In this document: positions 53,069-64,000 of the stretch, one piece after another
How positions within the stretch are numbered: the stretch's first letter is position 1
How the letters are laid out: every line of letters starts with the position of its first letter
NCBI GenBank assembly: GCA_049578465.1
Contig: JBAUMB010000055.1
Span: 18,085-82,084, forward strand
Source of the DNA: Anaerolineales bacterium
Lineage (GTDB): Bacteria; Chloroflexota; Anaerolineae; Anaerolineales; Villigracilaceae
Reading direction: 5' to 3'
DNA length: 64,000 nucleotides
Made by a program: the position numbers and the translations under genes
The notes under the pieces: model-generated
The model's input: only the letters and a program-made list of their open reading frames with translations
Told to the model about the DNA's origin: nothing
Database searches by the model: none

Positions 53069-54103
53069 ATGCGTAAAGGTCAAAACCCCGCCAAGTTCGT
53101 CAAAGACGTTGCCCGCCCCGAGCGGATCACGGTTGCGTTGCTGAATTACATTCCGTTCCTGAGCGGATTCTATGCCGAGACGCTTGATGTGTTGAAAGTC
53201 TGCATGGAGTCGATGCGAAAGGACGCGGGCTTGCCGTTTGACTTGATGGTCTTCGACAACGGTTCGTGCGCTGAAGTGCGCGACTTTCTGATCACAGAAA
53301 AAGAAGAAGGGCAAATTCAATATTTGATTCTCGCCGAGAAGAACATGGGCAAAGGCGGCGCATGGAATATCATCCTCGCGGGCGCACCGGGCGAGATCAT
53401 CGCATATACCGATAGCGATGTTTTGTTTTCTCCCAAATGGCTTTCGCGTTCTGTGGAGATTCTCGAAACATTTCCCAACGTTGGCATGGTGACCGCGCGT
53501 CCCTTTCGCACGCCGCCTGAGTTTTACGAATCGACTCTTAAATGGGCACGGAAAAATGCGAAGCTCGAAGACGGACAATTTATTCCGTGGGAAACATTCT
53601 TGGAATTCAATCTTTCACTTGGACAAACTGAAGAAGAGAATAAAAAAATCTATGCTGAGACAAAAGATTGGCGCATTACTTACAATCCGCCAGCCGATGG
53701 TCGAGTAGGCGGTGATGGTCTCGATACGCAAAGAACGCTACTCGACCACCGCCATATCGAGACCAAGGCGAAACCAATTATTGCTTTTGCTGGCGCTTCG
53801 CATTGGCAATTCACCGCGTACAAATCCACGCTCCAGCAATTCCTGCCCTTTGACATGGATAAGCCCATGGGACAAGTCCGCCAGCTGGACAAGCGCATGA
53901 ACGACGCGGGCTTGTTGCGGCTGATGGTCTCCGACCCGCTGGCGATGAACATGTCCAATACGCTGGGATATTTGCGCGGTGAACTCAAAGCGCAAAGCTC
54001 CAAACGCAAAGCAAGTTTTGGCAAGCGTATATTGGAAATTGGATTTATCAAGAAGATGTTGCTGGCGGTGTACAACAAGATTTTCAATTGGTATTATTCA
54101 TAG
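53069..54103 (+). CDS. glycosyltransferase family 2
   Basis: ITVALLNYIP..., LMVFDNGSCAEVRDFL, YTDSDVLFSPKW. The track ORF begins at 53000 and overlaps the upstream gene; ATG 53069 follows the upstream stop by 4 nt. Confidence 0.75.
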   Translation: MRKGQNPAKFVKDVARPERITVALLNYIPFLSGFYAETLDVLKVCMESMRKDAGLPFDLMVFDNGSCAEVRDFLITEKEEGQIQYLILAEKNMGKGGAWNIILAGAPGEIIAYTDSDVLFSPKWLSRSVEILETFPNVGMVTARPFRTPPEFYESTLKWARKNAKLEDGQFIPWETFLEFNLSLGQTEEENKKIYAETKDWRITYNPPADGRVGGDGLDTQRTLLDHRHIETKAKPIIAFAGASHWQFTAYKSTLQQFLPFDMDKPMGQVRQLDKRMNDAGLLRLMVSDPLAMNMSNTLGYLRGELKAQSSKRKASFGKRILEIGFIKKMLLAVYNKIFNWYYS

Positions 54104-54133
54104 AAATTGGGAAGGACATAGGAGTAAAAAGTC

Positions 54134-54667
54134 ATGCCGACAACCAGCCATTTATATAAACCTAGCATTCGAAATACTAGGGTATTAATCCTCGTTTTTT
54201 CTATATTATTATTTCTTATCGGTCTAATGTTTGTTCCTACTATTTTTTCTATGCTTGCCAAGCAAGTGCCATTCGATAAATCCGAGTTTTATAACGTGGT
54301 TGAGAATTTTCTACTTTTTTCGGTATTGTCTCCTTTGTGCCTTTCCTTTTTTAACAATCTTTACCCGGATATTTTTACGAATGATAAAGGATTGCAAATT
54401 GTGACTATTAGGAAATTTGATATATCTTGGACTAACGTAGTGGAAATCAGGCCTGCTAAATTGTTCGGATTGTTTAGGCTGAAAAGTTTAAGTATTGTAA
54501 TTACAAAAGGAAAACTGACGATCTGGCATAATCTCTACGGTTTAATGTATGCAAGATTAAATCAACCGTCTTTTTTAATCTCATCATCCATTAGCAATAA
54601 TGATTTATTGATAAAGACTATTTCAACACATATTAAAAAGGGCAATCGTGTTGCGCAACCGAATTAA
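54134..54667 (+). CDS. hypothetical membrane protein (2 N-terminal TMs plus a small beta-rich domain)
   Basis: 177-aa ORF in a clearly AT-rich stretch. TMs VLILVFSILLFLIGLMFVPTIF and FLLFSVLSPLCLSFF. No family recognised. Confidence 0.5.
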   Translation: MPTTSHLYKPSIRNTRVLILVFSILLFLIGLMFVPTIFSMLAKQVPFDKSEFYNVVENFLLFSVLSPLCLSFFNNLYPDIFTNDKGLQIVTIRKFDISWTNVVEIRPAKLFGLFRLKSLSIVITKGKLTIWHNLYGLMYARLNQPSFLISSSISNNDLLIKTISTHIKKGNRVAQPN

Positions 54668-56163
54668 TGTCCAAACACATCTTCATCTCCGCCGACCACG
54701 GCATGGCAATCATCTACTTCTTGCAAAGCGACGTCCTCCCGACGTTGCTGAATGCGGGCGTTGAAATCGTCGTGCTCACCGATGATGAAACCAAAGATCA
54801 AATTGCCAAACGCTTTGCAGATGTCGCGCTGAGCGGAGGGTCGAGTAGCGAAGCATATCGAGACCCGAAGTCGAAGCGTCTTATCTTCGAAGGCTTGCGC
54901 CTCAAACAAGCCAACGACTACGCGGCAAAATTCAAACCGCGCCTGCAATGGCTGCTCGTCTACCTGCGCCGCGTCGGCGGCTCGTGGCATATCAACACCG
55001 AAGCCATGGACAGCCACATCTGGGAAGTCTGGGCGGAGAACGGTTGGAAATTCCGTTTGGGCATTTGGATTCCGTCCGCGCTTGCGATTCTTTTATTGCG
55101 GACATTTTCCTTCGCGCGCAAATTTCTAGTGCAGATGCAGAACCGCTTCATTCCCCGCCCGAATCTTTATTCCGATTTATTTGAAAAGTACCAGCCCGAT
55201 CTGGTAATCGCTTCGACGGCAGGCTGGCGTCTTGACCGTTATCTGCTGCGTGAAGCGACTCTGCATCACGTGCCGACCATGGCAGCGATTGTCGGTTGGG
55301 ATAATCCGTCGAGTTATTCCATCTCCGGCGCGCACATGGATTATGCGACCTGCTGGTCGCAACTTCAAAAAGATGAATTGGTCTACGGCTCGGATTGGAA
55401 TCCAAAGCGCGTGAACATCGGTGGTATCCCGTCGTATGACGGATATTTCAGAAAAGAGTGGCAATTATCGAAGGACGATTATTTCAAACTGCATGGGCTC
55501 GATCCCAATCGCAAGTTGATTTCGTATGCCTGTTCCTTCGTCCATTTCGCGCCGAACTATCCAAACATGGAAGCGCTTGCGAAATTAGTTTCATCCGATG
55601 CATTGGTTGAACCTTCGCAATTATTGATTCGATTGCATCCGAGTCACTTTCAAGATAAACCGAAAATCTTCGCCGATGAACGCGAACGAATCTTTGCACT
55701 CGAGAAACAATATCCCAACGTGCATGTCGTTAAGCCGGTTGCCTTGGGCGGATCGCTCGGCTATTACAGCGGTGAAGACATGGACGAGAAATCATCCATG
55801 ATGGCGCACTCCGATGTACTGGTCACGGTCTATTCCACGATGGTTGTTGAAACCGCTGTCCATGACACGCCGATTGTCGCGGCAGTCATCGATACACCCG
55901 GCGGCTGGAATGTGCCGAAGAAATATTCTTTGTCATTGAAAAAGATTGGCAATTGGCCCACGCATAAACGTTTCCGCGATGCGAAAGCCGGACGCGTCGC
56001 CGAGAACGAGAATCAACTTCGGGACGCGATCAATCTCTATTTAACGAATCCCGCTCTCGACGCGTCAGAACGCCGCAAGTTCATCGAACGGGAAATCACT
56101 TATACTGATGCAACTGCTGGCAAGCGTACGGCGGAATACATTTTGAAGATTCTTAATTCATAA
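54667..56163 (+). CDS. uncharacterised GT-B-like protein (TagB/TagF- or capsule-synthesis-like C-terminal half)
   Basis: QLLIRLHPSH...HSDVLVTVYSTMVVETAVHDTPIVAAV shares a signature with 38904..40508 (QLVIRVHPGE...ADLGLAYTTTVGLETAMNDRPVIS). Confidence 0.4.
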   Translation: MSKHIFISADHGMAIIYFLQSDVLPTLLNAGVEIVVLTDDETKDQIAKRFADVALSGGSSSEAYRDPKSKRLIFEGLRLKQANDYAAKFKPRLQWLLVYLRRVGGSWHINTEAMDSHIWEVWAENGWKFRLGIWIPSALAILLLRTFSFARKFLVQMQNRFIPRPNLYSDLFEKYQPDLVIASTAGWRLDRYLLREATLHHVPTMAAIVGWDNPSSYSISGAHMDYATCWSQLQKDELVYGSDWNPKRVNIGGIPSYDGYFRKEWQLSKDDYFKLHGLDPNRKLISYACSFVHFAPNYPNMEALAKLVSSDALVEPSQLLIRLHPSHFQDKPKIFADERERIFALEKQYPNVHVVKPVALGGSLGYYSGEDMDEKSSMMAHSDVLVTVYSTMVVETAVHDTPIVAAVIDTPGGWNVPKKYSLSLKKIGNWPTHKRFRDAKAGRVAENENQLRDAINLYLTNPALDASERRKFIEREITYTDATAGKRTAEYILKILNS

Positions 56164-56198
56164 TGTCATTGCGAGGCGCGTAGCGATAAAGCAATCTC
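56162..56198 (+). repeat. short palindromic repeat, copy 2 (AATGTCATTGCGAGGCGCGTAGCGATAAAGCAATCTC)
   Basis: ATTGC/GCAAT arms, same element as 49569-49600 in the opposite orientation, overlapping the stop codon of 54667..56163 (shares its last two bases). Confidence 0.55.
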
Positions 56199-56212
56199 AG
56201 GATAAAATAGTC

Positions 56213-56662
56213 ATGACCGGAAAACGAAACATGTTTCTCTTTTATTTCTCCATCACGCTCGCCATCGCCTCCAGCGCACTCTATCACTTTAGCCAGAAGT
56301 CCACACCAACAGATGTCAACCCCGCAGTTGCCATCATGGTCACGTACGCGGTTGCGTTTTGTCTGACCGTGATCTTAGCTTTCTTCATCCCAACCAAAAT
56401 TGGATTCCTCGCCGAACTACGGCAATTGAATTGGGCAAGCTATCTGTTGGCATTTTCCGTCGTCGGACTCGAAGTTGGCTTTCTGCTCGTTTATCGTTCC
56501 GGCTGGAACATTGGCATCGCCGCGGTGCTGGTCAATGTGGTGGCTTCGTTATTATTAGTGCCAGTTGCTTTACTGGTATTCAAGCAACACCTCTCTTGGA
56601 TTAACATCATCGGCATTCTGGTTTGTCTGGCTGGACTGGTTATGCTAAACTGGAAGAGATAG
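56213..56662 (+). CDS. small DMT/EamA-like membrane protein (4-5 TMs)
   Basis: 149 aa, almost entirely hydrophobic, single EamA-like half-transporter layout comparable in size to ArnE/ArnF-type subunits. Confidence 0.55.
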   Translation: MTGKRNMFLFYFSITLAIASSALYHFSQKSTPTDVNPAVAIMVTYAVAFCLTVILAFFIPTKIGFLAELRQLNWASYLLAFSVVGLEVGFLLVYRSGWNIGIAAVLVNVVASLLLVPVALLVFKQHLSWINIIGILVCLAGLVMLNWKR

Positions 56663-56680
56663 TTTGGAGCGATTATCATA

Positions 56681-57709
56681 ATGTTTTCTCGTTTCAAAAG
56701 TGCTGCACGTATTCTTATTAAGGGCGAACCTAAAAAGAAACAACGCAATCCGATTCCTGCCATCACGCTTGATGAAATTGCAGAGATCAAGCAATTCTTC
56801 CCGCGCGAGAAATTTTTCATCTTTGGTCATGCGCGTTCTGGGACGACGCTTCTCATGCGGCTTGTGCGCTTGCACCCCGAAGTGCATTGCGATTATCAGG
56901 CACACTACTTCACGCGCAAACCATTGTTGAAATCACTGGTCGATTCACTTGAGATCGAAGAATGGCTGACGCGCAAATCGAATCGTTGGAATCACGGGCG
57001 CGATCTCTCGCCGCTTGTTCTGCGTGCATCAGCGGACATCATCATGGAACGCGAAGCGGCTCGCGAAGGCAAAATGATTATTGGCGATAAAAGCCCCTCA
57101 TCCATGATTCACGGTCAAGCTGTGCGTGACATGCAAGCGGTCTATCCCGACGCAAAATTAGTTTACATCGTCCGTGATGGACGCGATGTATTAATCTCGG
57201 AACGTTTCCGTAACTTTGTGGAAGATTCAAAATTCCTGACATCCGAAGATAAACGCATCATCGAAGAATTACGCAAGGATCAGAATCAATTTACAAATGG
57301 CACGCGCTCGATTTTCACCGAACCATTTATCCGACGCGTGGCAAAAGGTTGGATTACGAATTTGCAGGAAATCGAAGACGAAGGACAACGATTGTTCGAT
57401 AAAAATTATTTTTCCTTGCGATATGAAGATTTGCTCAGCGACTCATTTAATGAAATGACGCGGTTATGGAAATTTCTCGCCGTGAAAAAAGTTGATAAAC
57501 CGTTATCGAAGATGATCAAGATAGAGATGGAGTCAAACCCGGATGAGGAGTGGCAGGCTCAACGGGATGAAGGAATCGCTTCGTTCCTTCCGAAAGGTCA
57601 GGCTGGTAATTGGGAGAGACTTTTCACGGCGAGGGATAAATCCGTCTTCAAAGAAGTTGCAGGTGAGATGTTAATTAAGTGGAAGTATGAGAAGGATTTG
57701 AATTGGTGA
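56681..57709 (+). CDS. sulfotransferase (PAPS-dependent)
   Basis: FFIFGHARSGTTLLMRLV (5'-PSB loop), YIVRDGRDVLIS (3'-PB position). Confidence 0.8.
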   Translation: MFSRFKSAARILIKGEPKKKQRNPIPAITLDEIAEIKQFFPREKFFIFGHARSGTTLLMRLVRLHPEVHCDYQAHYFTRKPLLKSLVDSLEIEEWLTRKSNRWNHGRDLSPLVLRASADIIMEREAAREGKMIIGDKSPSSMIHGQAVRDMQAVYPDAKLVYIVRDGRDVLISERFRNFVEDSKFLTSEDKRIIEELRKDQNQFTNGTRSIFTEPFIRRVAKGWITNLQEIEDEGQRLFDKNYFSLRYEDLLSDSFNEMTRLWKFLAVKKVDKPLSKMIKIEMESNPDEEWQAQRDEGIASFLPKGQAGNWERLFTARDKSVFKEVAGEMLIKWKYEKDLNW

Positions 57710-57712
57710 AAG

Positions 57713-58702
57713 ATGAAATTTCTCATTGCTGGACTCGGCTCGATTGGCCGCCGACATTTTCGCAACCTGATTTCGTTCGGCGAAAAAGATATTGTCTTGC
57801 TTCGTTCTCATCGCGCCACTTTATCCGATGATGAACTAGCTGGCTATCCCGTTGAAACAAATTTAAATGAAGCGCTAAAAAAATATAAACCTGATGCCGT
57901 TATCATTTCAAATCCAACCGCATTGCATCTGGATATTGCAATTCCGTCTGCAAATGCAGGCTGTTCGATTTTGATTGAAAAGCCGATCTCGAATTCGCTA
58001 GACCAAATTGATCAACTCGAATATGCGCTTGCAAAAGGCGGCGGGCAACTGCTCGTCGGCTTTCAATTCCGCTTTCATCCGACTTTGCAAAAAGCTGCGC
58101 AATTGTTAAAAGAAAATGCCATCGGCAAACCGCTTTCTTTTCACGCGCATTGGGGCGAGTATCTTCCCGATTGGCATCCGTGGGAAGATTTCAAACAAAG
58201 TTATGCGGCTCGATCTGATTTGGGCGGCGGCGTCATTTTCACTTTGACTCATCCGCTCGATTATCTCCGCATGTTGCTCGGTGAAGTGGATTCGCTTTGG
58301 GCTTTCACCGGCGCGTCGAATCTCGGACTCGAAGTGGAAGACACGGCGGAAATTGGTTTGAAGCTGAAGAGCGGCGCGCTCGGCTCCGTTCATTTGGATT
58401 ACAATCAACAGCCGCCCAGTCATCGCTGGGAAATTGTCGGCTCGAACGGCACGATGAAATGGGATAACGCCTCAGGCAATCTGGATGTGTTTTCAGCAGA
58501 GAAAAAAGATTGGGAAACATATCAGCCCCCCGCGGGCTTCGAACGAAACGTGATGTTCATCGAAGAAATGAAACATTTCATTGCCGTTGCCCAGAAAAAA
58601 GAATCGCCTATCTGCACATTAGACGATGGCAAACAAGCTTTGCGATTAGCGTTGGCGGCACATGAGTCTGAAAGAAGAGGAACTTTAGTAAAATTGAGTT
58701 AG
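57713..58702 (+). CDS. Gfo/Idh/MocA family sugar oxidoreductase
   Basis: MKFLIAGLGSIGRRH Rossmann motif, ILIEKP motif, 329 aa. Confidence 0.85.
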   Translation: MKFLIAGLGSIGRRHFRNLISFGEKDIVLLRSHRATLSDDELAGYPVETNLNEALKKYKPDAVIISNPTALHLDIAIPSANAGCSILIEKPISNSLDQIDQLEYALAKGGGQLLVGFQFRFHPTLQKAAQLLKENAIGKPLSFHAHWGEYLPDWHPWEDFKQSYAARSDLGGGVIFTLTHPLDYLRMLLGEVDSLWAFTGASNLGLEVEDTAEIGLKLKSGALGSVHLDYNQQPPSHRWEIVGSNGTMKWDNASGNLDVFSAEKKDWETYQPPAGFERNVMFIEEMKHFIAVAQKKESPICTLDDGKQALRLALAAHESERRGTLVKLS

Positions 58703-58705
58703 GAG

Positions 58706-60724
58706 ATGTTCGTGAATAAACTTCGCTCGTTGATCAAATCGGAATTATTTATCGCCATATTTTTGTTGGTCGCAGTTTCGGCGATTGCCTATCTGCCGTT
58801 CATCGCGCATTTCAGTTATTTCAATGACGATTGGTATGAGATGTTCGCCACGGGCACGCGTGGACCAATGATATTTATTGATATTTTTAGCGTTGATCGT
58901 CCTGCCCGCGCTCTTCTGATGATTCCGTTATATATTCTTTTTGGACGAAATCCATTTCCTTATAATGTAAGCGCTTATTTGTTCCGCTTGTTTAGCGGCT
59001 TGTCGGTTCTTTGGAGCCTGCGCATGGTCTGGCCCCAGCAGAAACGTTTGGCAACGTTGGCGGCTTTGTTTTATTTGATCTATCCCGGCTTTTTATCCCA
59101 ACCGAATGCGATTGATTTTCAGTCGCACATCGCCGGATTATTCTTTGCGACTTTTTCCATCGCCTTGACTTTGAAAGCGGTCAAGACCCAAAGCTTGTGG
59201 ACAAGGATTCTCCTGAGCGGATTATCCATATTCTTTGGTTTCGCCTATCTGAGTCAGATGGAATATTATGCGGGCTATGAGGTTGTGCGCTTGGTCCTTC
59301 TTTTTATTCTTGCAGGGCAAACCGAAAAGAATTTCTTTGCTAAGTTGAAGCGCGCGGTGTTGTGGTATTTACCGTTCATCGTTGTGCCTATCATCTTTTT
59401 TACGTGGCGGCTGTTTTTCTTTCAAGATGTCCGCAAGCAGACGGATATAAGCCTACAATTGGGGAGTTTAATTACTGCTCCGTGGCATACGATTCTACTT
59501 TGGAGCGCCACGCTGATTCAAAACATGGTGGATGTCACAGTGCTGGCTTGGGTTGTGCCGTTCTATCATGCTTTTGCAAATCTGCCACCCATCAATGTTT
59601 TTCTCGGTTTGGGCGCCGCGTTGATTGCGATCCTGTTTGCATGGATTTCATTAAGACGGATCTCTTTGGATTCCGCATCGGAAACCGGCTGGCAATTAGA
59701 AAACTTATGGACTGGGCTGGTCATCGTTGCAGGCGGTTTGGCTCCGATCATTGCAGCCAATCGCGGCGTAGACTTTAGCGACTTTTCGCGCTATTCCGTG
59801 ATCAGCATGTTTGGTGCCGCAATGATTCTTGCGGTTTTTATTGATCGCCTAAAGAATTACGGATTCCAGCTTGGATTTATTTTGCTCTTGATCAGCATTG
59901 CTGTCATTACCCACTTTGAAAATGGCGCCAGTTATGCGCACTCTGCAGATTCAAATAATGTTTTTTGGTGGCAGGTGAGCTGGCGTATTCCTCAAATGAA
60001 ACCGGGGACAACGCTTGTGGTTAATTATCCTTTTGGACAGGCAGGTGAGGATTATACGATCTGGTCGCCCGCCGATATGATCTATTATCCCCAAAGCCAG
60101 AGTCAAAAATTCATCCAACCCGCTATTTATGCTGCGCTGTTGAATCACGATGCGGTGAACAAAGTTCTATCCAACAAAGGAGTCGAATACGACACGCGCC
60201 GCGGCTCCATTCACACATTTACAAATTACAGCAATATTCTTGTAATTACCCAACCCACGTCGGCTTCGTGTGTTCACGTTATCGATGGAAATCAAACGGA
60301 ATTGTCATCCTATGAGGATGAGCGCGTGATGTTGATGGCACCCTATTCGCAAATCCAGGATGTTATGCCAGAGAAGCAATTCAAAACCCCGCCGCAATTT
60401 CCGTTTGGGTCGGAGCCGACGCGGAACTGGTGCTATTATTATGAGAAAGCTTCGTATGCTGGTCAGATTGGGGATTGGCAGACCGTCCTCAATCTAGGTG
60501 ATCAAACTGAGAAGCTTCGCCTCGTCCCTCAGGATTTAATTGAATGGATGCCGTTCCTGCAAGCCTATGCTCATTTTGGAAATCAAGCCCAGCTTACAGA
60601 GTTGGCGCATCCCATCAAATCCGATCCATACGTGACAACACAAGCCTGCCGAATCTTAACTGGGATGCAGTTAGATTCATCCACAATGGATCTCGTAAAA
60701 AGCCTCTACTGCGTTTCAAAATAG
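58706..60724 (+). CDS. large polytopic membrane protein, GT-C-like
   Basis: 672 aa. FNDDWYEMF acidic motif after the first TM, then more than 10 TMs and a C-terminal soluble domain of about 200 aa. GTG 58712 (6 nt after AGGAG) is an alternative start. Confidence 0.55.
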   Translation: MFVNKLRSLIKSELFIAIFLLVAVSAIAYLPFIAHFSYFNDDWYEMFATGTRGPMIFIDIFSVDRPARALLMIPLYILFGRNPFPYNVSAYLFRLFSGLSVLWSLRMVWPQQKRLATLAALFYLIYPGFLSQPNAIDFQSHIAGLFFATFSIALTLKAVKTQSLWTRILLSGLSIFFGFAYLSQMEYYAGYEVVRLVLLFILAGQTEKNFFAKLKRAVLWYLPFIVVPIIFFTWRLFFFQDVRKQTDISLQLGSLITAPWHTILLWSATLIQNMVDVTVLAWVVPFYHAFANLPPINVFLGLGAALIAILFAWISLRRISLDSASETGWQLENLWTGLVIVAGGLAPIIAANRGVDFSDFSRYSVISMFGAAMILAVFIDRLKNYGFQLGFILLLISIAVITHFENGASYAHSADSNNVFWWQVSWRIPQMKPGTTLVVNYPFGQAGEDYTIWSPADMIYYPQSQSQKFIQPAIYAALLNHDAVNKVLSNKGVEYDTRRGSIHTFTNYSNILVITQPTSASCVHVIDGNQTELSSYEDERVMLMAPYSQIQDVMPEKQFKTPPQFPFGSEPTRNWCYYYEKASYAGQIGDWQTVLNLGDQTEKLRLVPQDLIEWMPFLQAYAHFGNQAQLTELAHPIKSDPYVTTQACRILTGMQLDSSTMDLVKSLYCVSK

Positions 60725-60734
60725 AACAATAGTT

Positions 60735-60743
60735 TGCTATAAT
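60735..60743 (+). promoter_or_regulatory. extended -10 element TGCTATAAT upstream of sat/cysC
   Basis: TGn + TATAAT at 60735-60743, embedded in the inverted repeat GAACAAT-N11-ATTGTTC (60724-60748). Weak -35 TTTCAA at 60714-60719. Confidence 0.4.
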
Positions 60744-60795
60744 TGTTCCTTGCTTTTCAAAGCCAATCCGCAGAGTTTCTCTGCAAATCTAATAG

Positions 60796-62529
<1,734 letters not shown>

Positions 62530-62538
62530 ATAATTTGA

Positions 62539-64000
62539 ATGAAGATCCGCATTACGCCTCGCCTCGTTTCTTTCCTGATCCTCGGCCTGCTGACCCTTAT
62601 CGGGATATTCCTCGTGCTCCGATCCACACCCGAGGGTCTTGGCTTGTCCGATGATTCGATCGCGTATATTGCGGGTGCGCGCAGTCTGCTGGCAGGACAT
62701 GGTTATCGTGAAGCATGGCTGGTAAGCGATAATCCGATCACACATTTCCCACCCGGATTTTCTTCCGCGCTGACTGTAATCGGTTTATTTGGATTGGATC
62801 CGTTGCGCGGTGCGCGCTTCCTCAATGCTTTATTGTTTGGATTAAGCACAGGGCTGATCGGCACCCTTGGTTGGCGCATGACAAAGTCGCTAGTTGCGGG
62901 ACTTGTGCTGGCCGCGCTGTTCGTTTTGAATGGATCATTATTGCAAGTTTATACAACAGCGATGAGTGAGCCGCTCTTCATCTTTTTGAGTCTGCTCGCG
63001 TTCTGGATGTTCGATCTATATTTTGAACGCGACATGCATTGGTTATGGATGATCGCTTGCGGAGTCTTCGTCGGCGCGGCATACTTGACGCGTTATGCCG
63101 GACTAGCTTTAGTCGCCACATTTCTTTTTGCATTGTTTCTCCTGCACAATACCTGGCGAAAGCGACTCGTCAGTGTGGGAATATTTCTCGCAAGCGTTTT
63201 GCCATTTGTTGTCGGCTGGTCAATTCGCAACATCATCGTCGCAGGCAATGCCACCAATCGCGAATTGATATGGCATCCGATCACGGCCAGCAATTTCAAT
63301 ACCACGCTTTATACGATCTCGCAATTTCTTGTTCCTGTGGAAGATTGGCGCAAACAATTATACAAAACTCCCGTGCTGTTTATTGCTCTCACGACATTGA
63401 TTTTATTAGTAGTGTTGGTTTGGGTAATAATCAAGGCATGGAATTATTTTGGAACACATTCACCAGCATCATCAGAGACAATTTCATTTTCAACAGGTTT
63501 ATATGTCTTTGGATACATTGCCTCAATCATTGCTTCGATGTTGCTCTTTGACGCCTCCACGAAATTTCAGTTACGGATTCTTGCGCCCATCTTTATCTCG
63601 CTGTTAATTCTACTTGTGTTGTTTGGGGTTTGGTTATGGCAGAAGCGCCGCGAGGCGGCCATTCTATTAGCATTATTTTTTATAGGCATATCTATTTACA
63701 ATCAAATCGCGACCGTGCAAGACCTTTCAAAAGGCGGACAAGGATTCGCTTCCTTTGATTGGTACGACTCAAAGGCAATCGCTTATTTGCGTACCATCCC
63801 TCGCGCACTGATGATTTACACTAATGAAACGGGCGCGGTATATTTATATACCAACCGTCCCACTTATTCTTTGCCGAATCGTTTTGATCCAGTAACTGCT
63901 CAAGTTCGATCCGGTTATGAACAAGGCGTAGCATTAATGCATCAACAGATTCTGAATAAGAAAGCGGTGCTGGCAATCTTTGCGAGCGGTGAACAATCAT
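62539..64000 (+). CDS. GT39/ArnT-like polytopic glycosyltransferase, 3' end outside the window (absent from the supplied ORF track)
   Basis: I translated this myself. ATG 62539: MKIRITPRLVSFLILGLLTLIGIFLVLRSTPEGLGLSDDSIAYIAGARSLLAGHGYREAW... It stays open to base 64000, with many TM segments and a DDS acidic motif after TM1. Confidence 0.65.
   Translation, partial: MKIRITPRLVSFLILGLLTLIGIFLVLRSTPEGLGLSDDSIAYIAGARSLLAGHGYREAWLVSDNPITHFPPGFSSALTVIGLFGLDPLRGARFLNALLFGLSTGLIGTLGWRMTKSLVAGLVLAALFVLNGSLLQVYTTAMSEPLFIFLSLLAFWMFDLYFERDMHWLWMIACGVFVGAAYLTRYAGLALVATFLFALFLLHNTWRKRLVSVGIFLASVLPFVVGWSIRNIIVAGNATNRELIWHPITASNFNTTLYTISQFLVPVEDWRKQLYKTPVLFIALTTLILLVVLVWVIIKAWNYFGTHSPASSETISFSTGLYVFGYIASIIASMLLFDASTKFQLRILAPIFISLLILLVLFGVWLWQKRREAAILLALFFIGISIYNQIATVQDLSKGGQGFASFDWYDSKAIAYLRTIPRALMIYTNETGAVYLYTNRPTYSLPNRFDPVTAQVRSGYEQGVALMHQQILNKKAVLAIFASGEQS

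Noticed and set aside
63039-63551. 170-aa plus-strand ORF listed in the track near the window end
   Set aside because: It is in the wrong frame. The frame starting at 62539 is open across it and encodes a coherent polytopic membrane protein.

Overview
The window opens with the 3' end of a sugar-modification gene and a short housekeeping operon (tsaE-tsaB-rimI-family 4 uracil-DNA glycosylase, 775-3027). From 3129 to the window edge it is one densely packed envelope-glycan biosynthesis island of about 61 kb. In the island, 49 of 52 CDS are on the + strand and many start/stop codons overlap.

Island content:
- Nucleotide-sugar genes: a uronic-acid pair, gmd and fcl for GDP-fucose, and a pseB/neuB/spsF-type nonulosonic-acid set.
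- Transferases: four GT4, three GT2 domains and one GT-A-like protein.
- Export: a Wzx-like flippase and also a Wzm/Wzt ABC exporter whose Wzt carries a C-terminal extension.
- Two UPF0104 'flippase-like' proteins.
- Eight very large polytopic, GT-C-like membrane proteins, including two paralogue pairs. The last one (62539 to the window end) is missing from the supplied ORF track because it has no in-window stop.
- Five methyltransferase domains.
- Three sulfotransferases plus a fused ATP sulfurylase/APS kinase (a PAPS synthase).

Main leads:
1. A self-contained sulfation system inside a glycan locus.
2. Repeated polyprenyl-phosphate-sugar / GT-C modules with uncharacterised paralogous membrane enzymes.
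3. A shared 17-bp palindrome, AATTCA-N5-TGAATT, fused to a TATAAT box upstream of both gmd and the locus-encoded winged-helix regulator.
4. A Wzt-linked candidate chain-capping set.
5. A pseB-initiated nonulosonic-acid pathway with no aminotransferase in the window.

Several families of short hairpin repeats occupy the few intergenic gaps. I recognised no rRNA, tRNA, CRISPR array, transposase or integrase. All family calls rest on motif recognition by eye; nothing was computed or searched. The source organism is unknown. The repeat types and gene style remind me of Chloroflexota-like genomes, but I cannot verify that.
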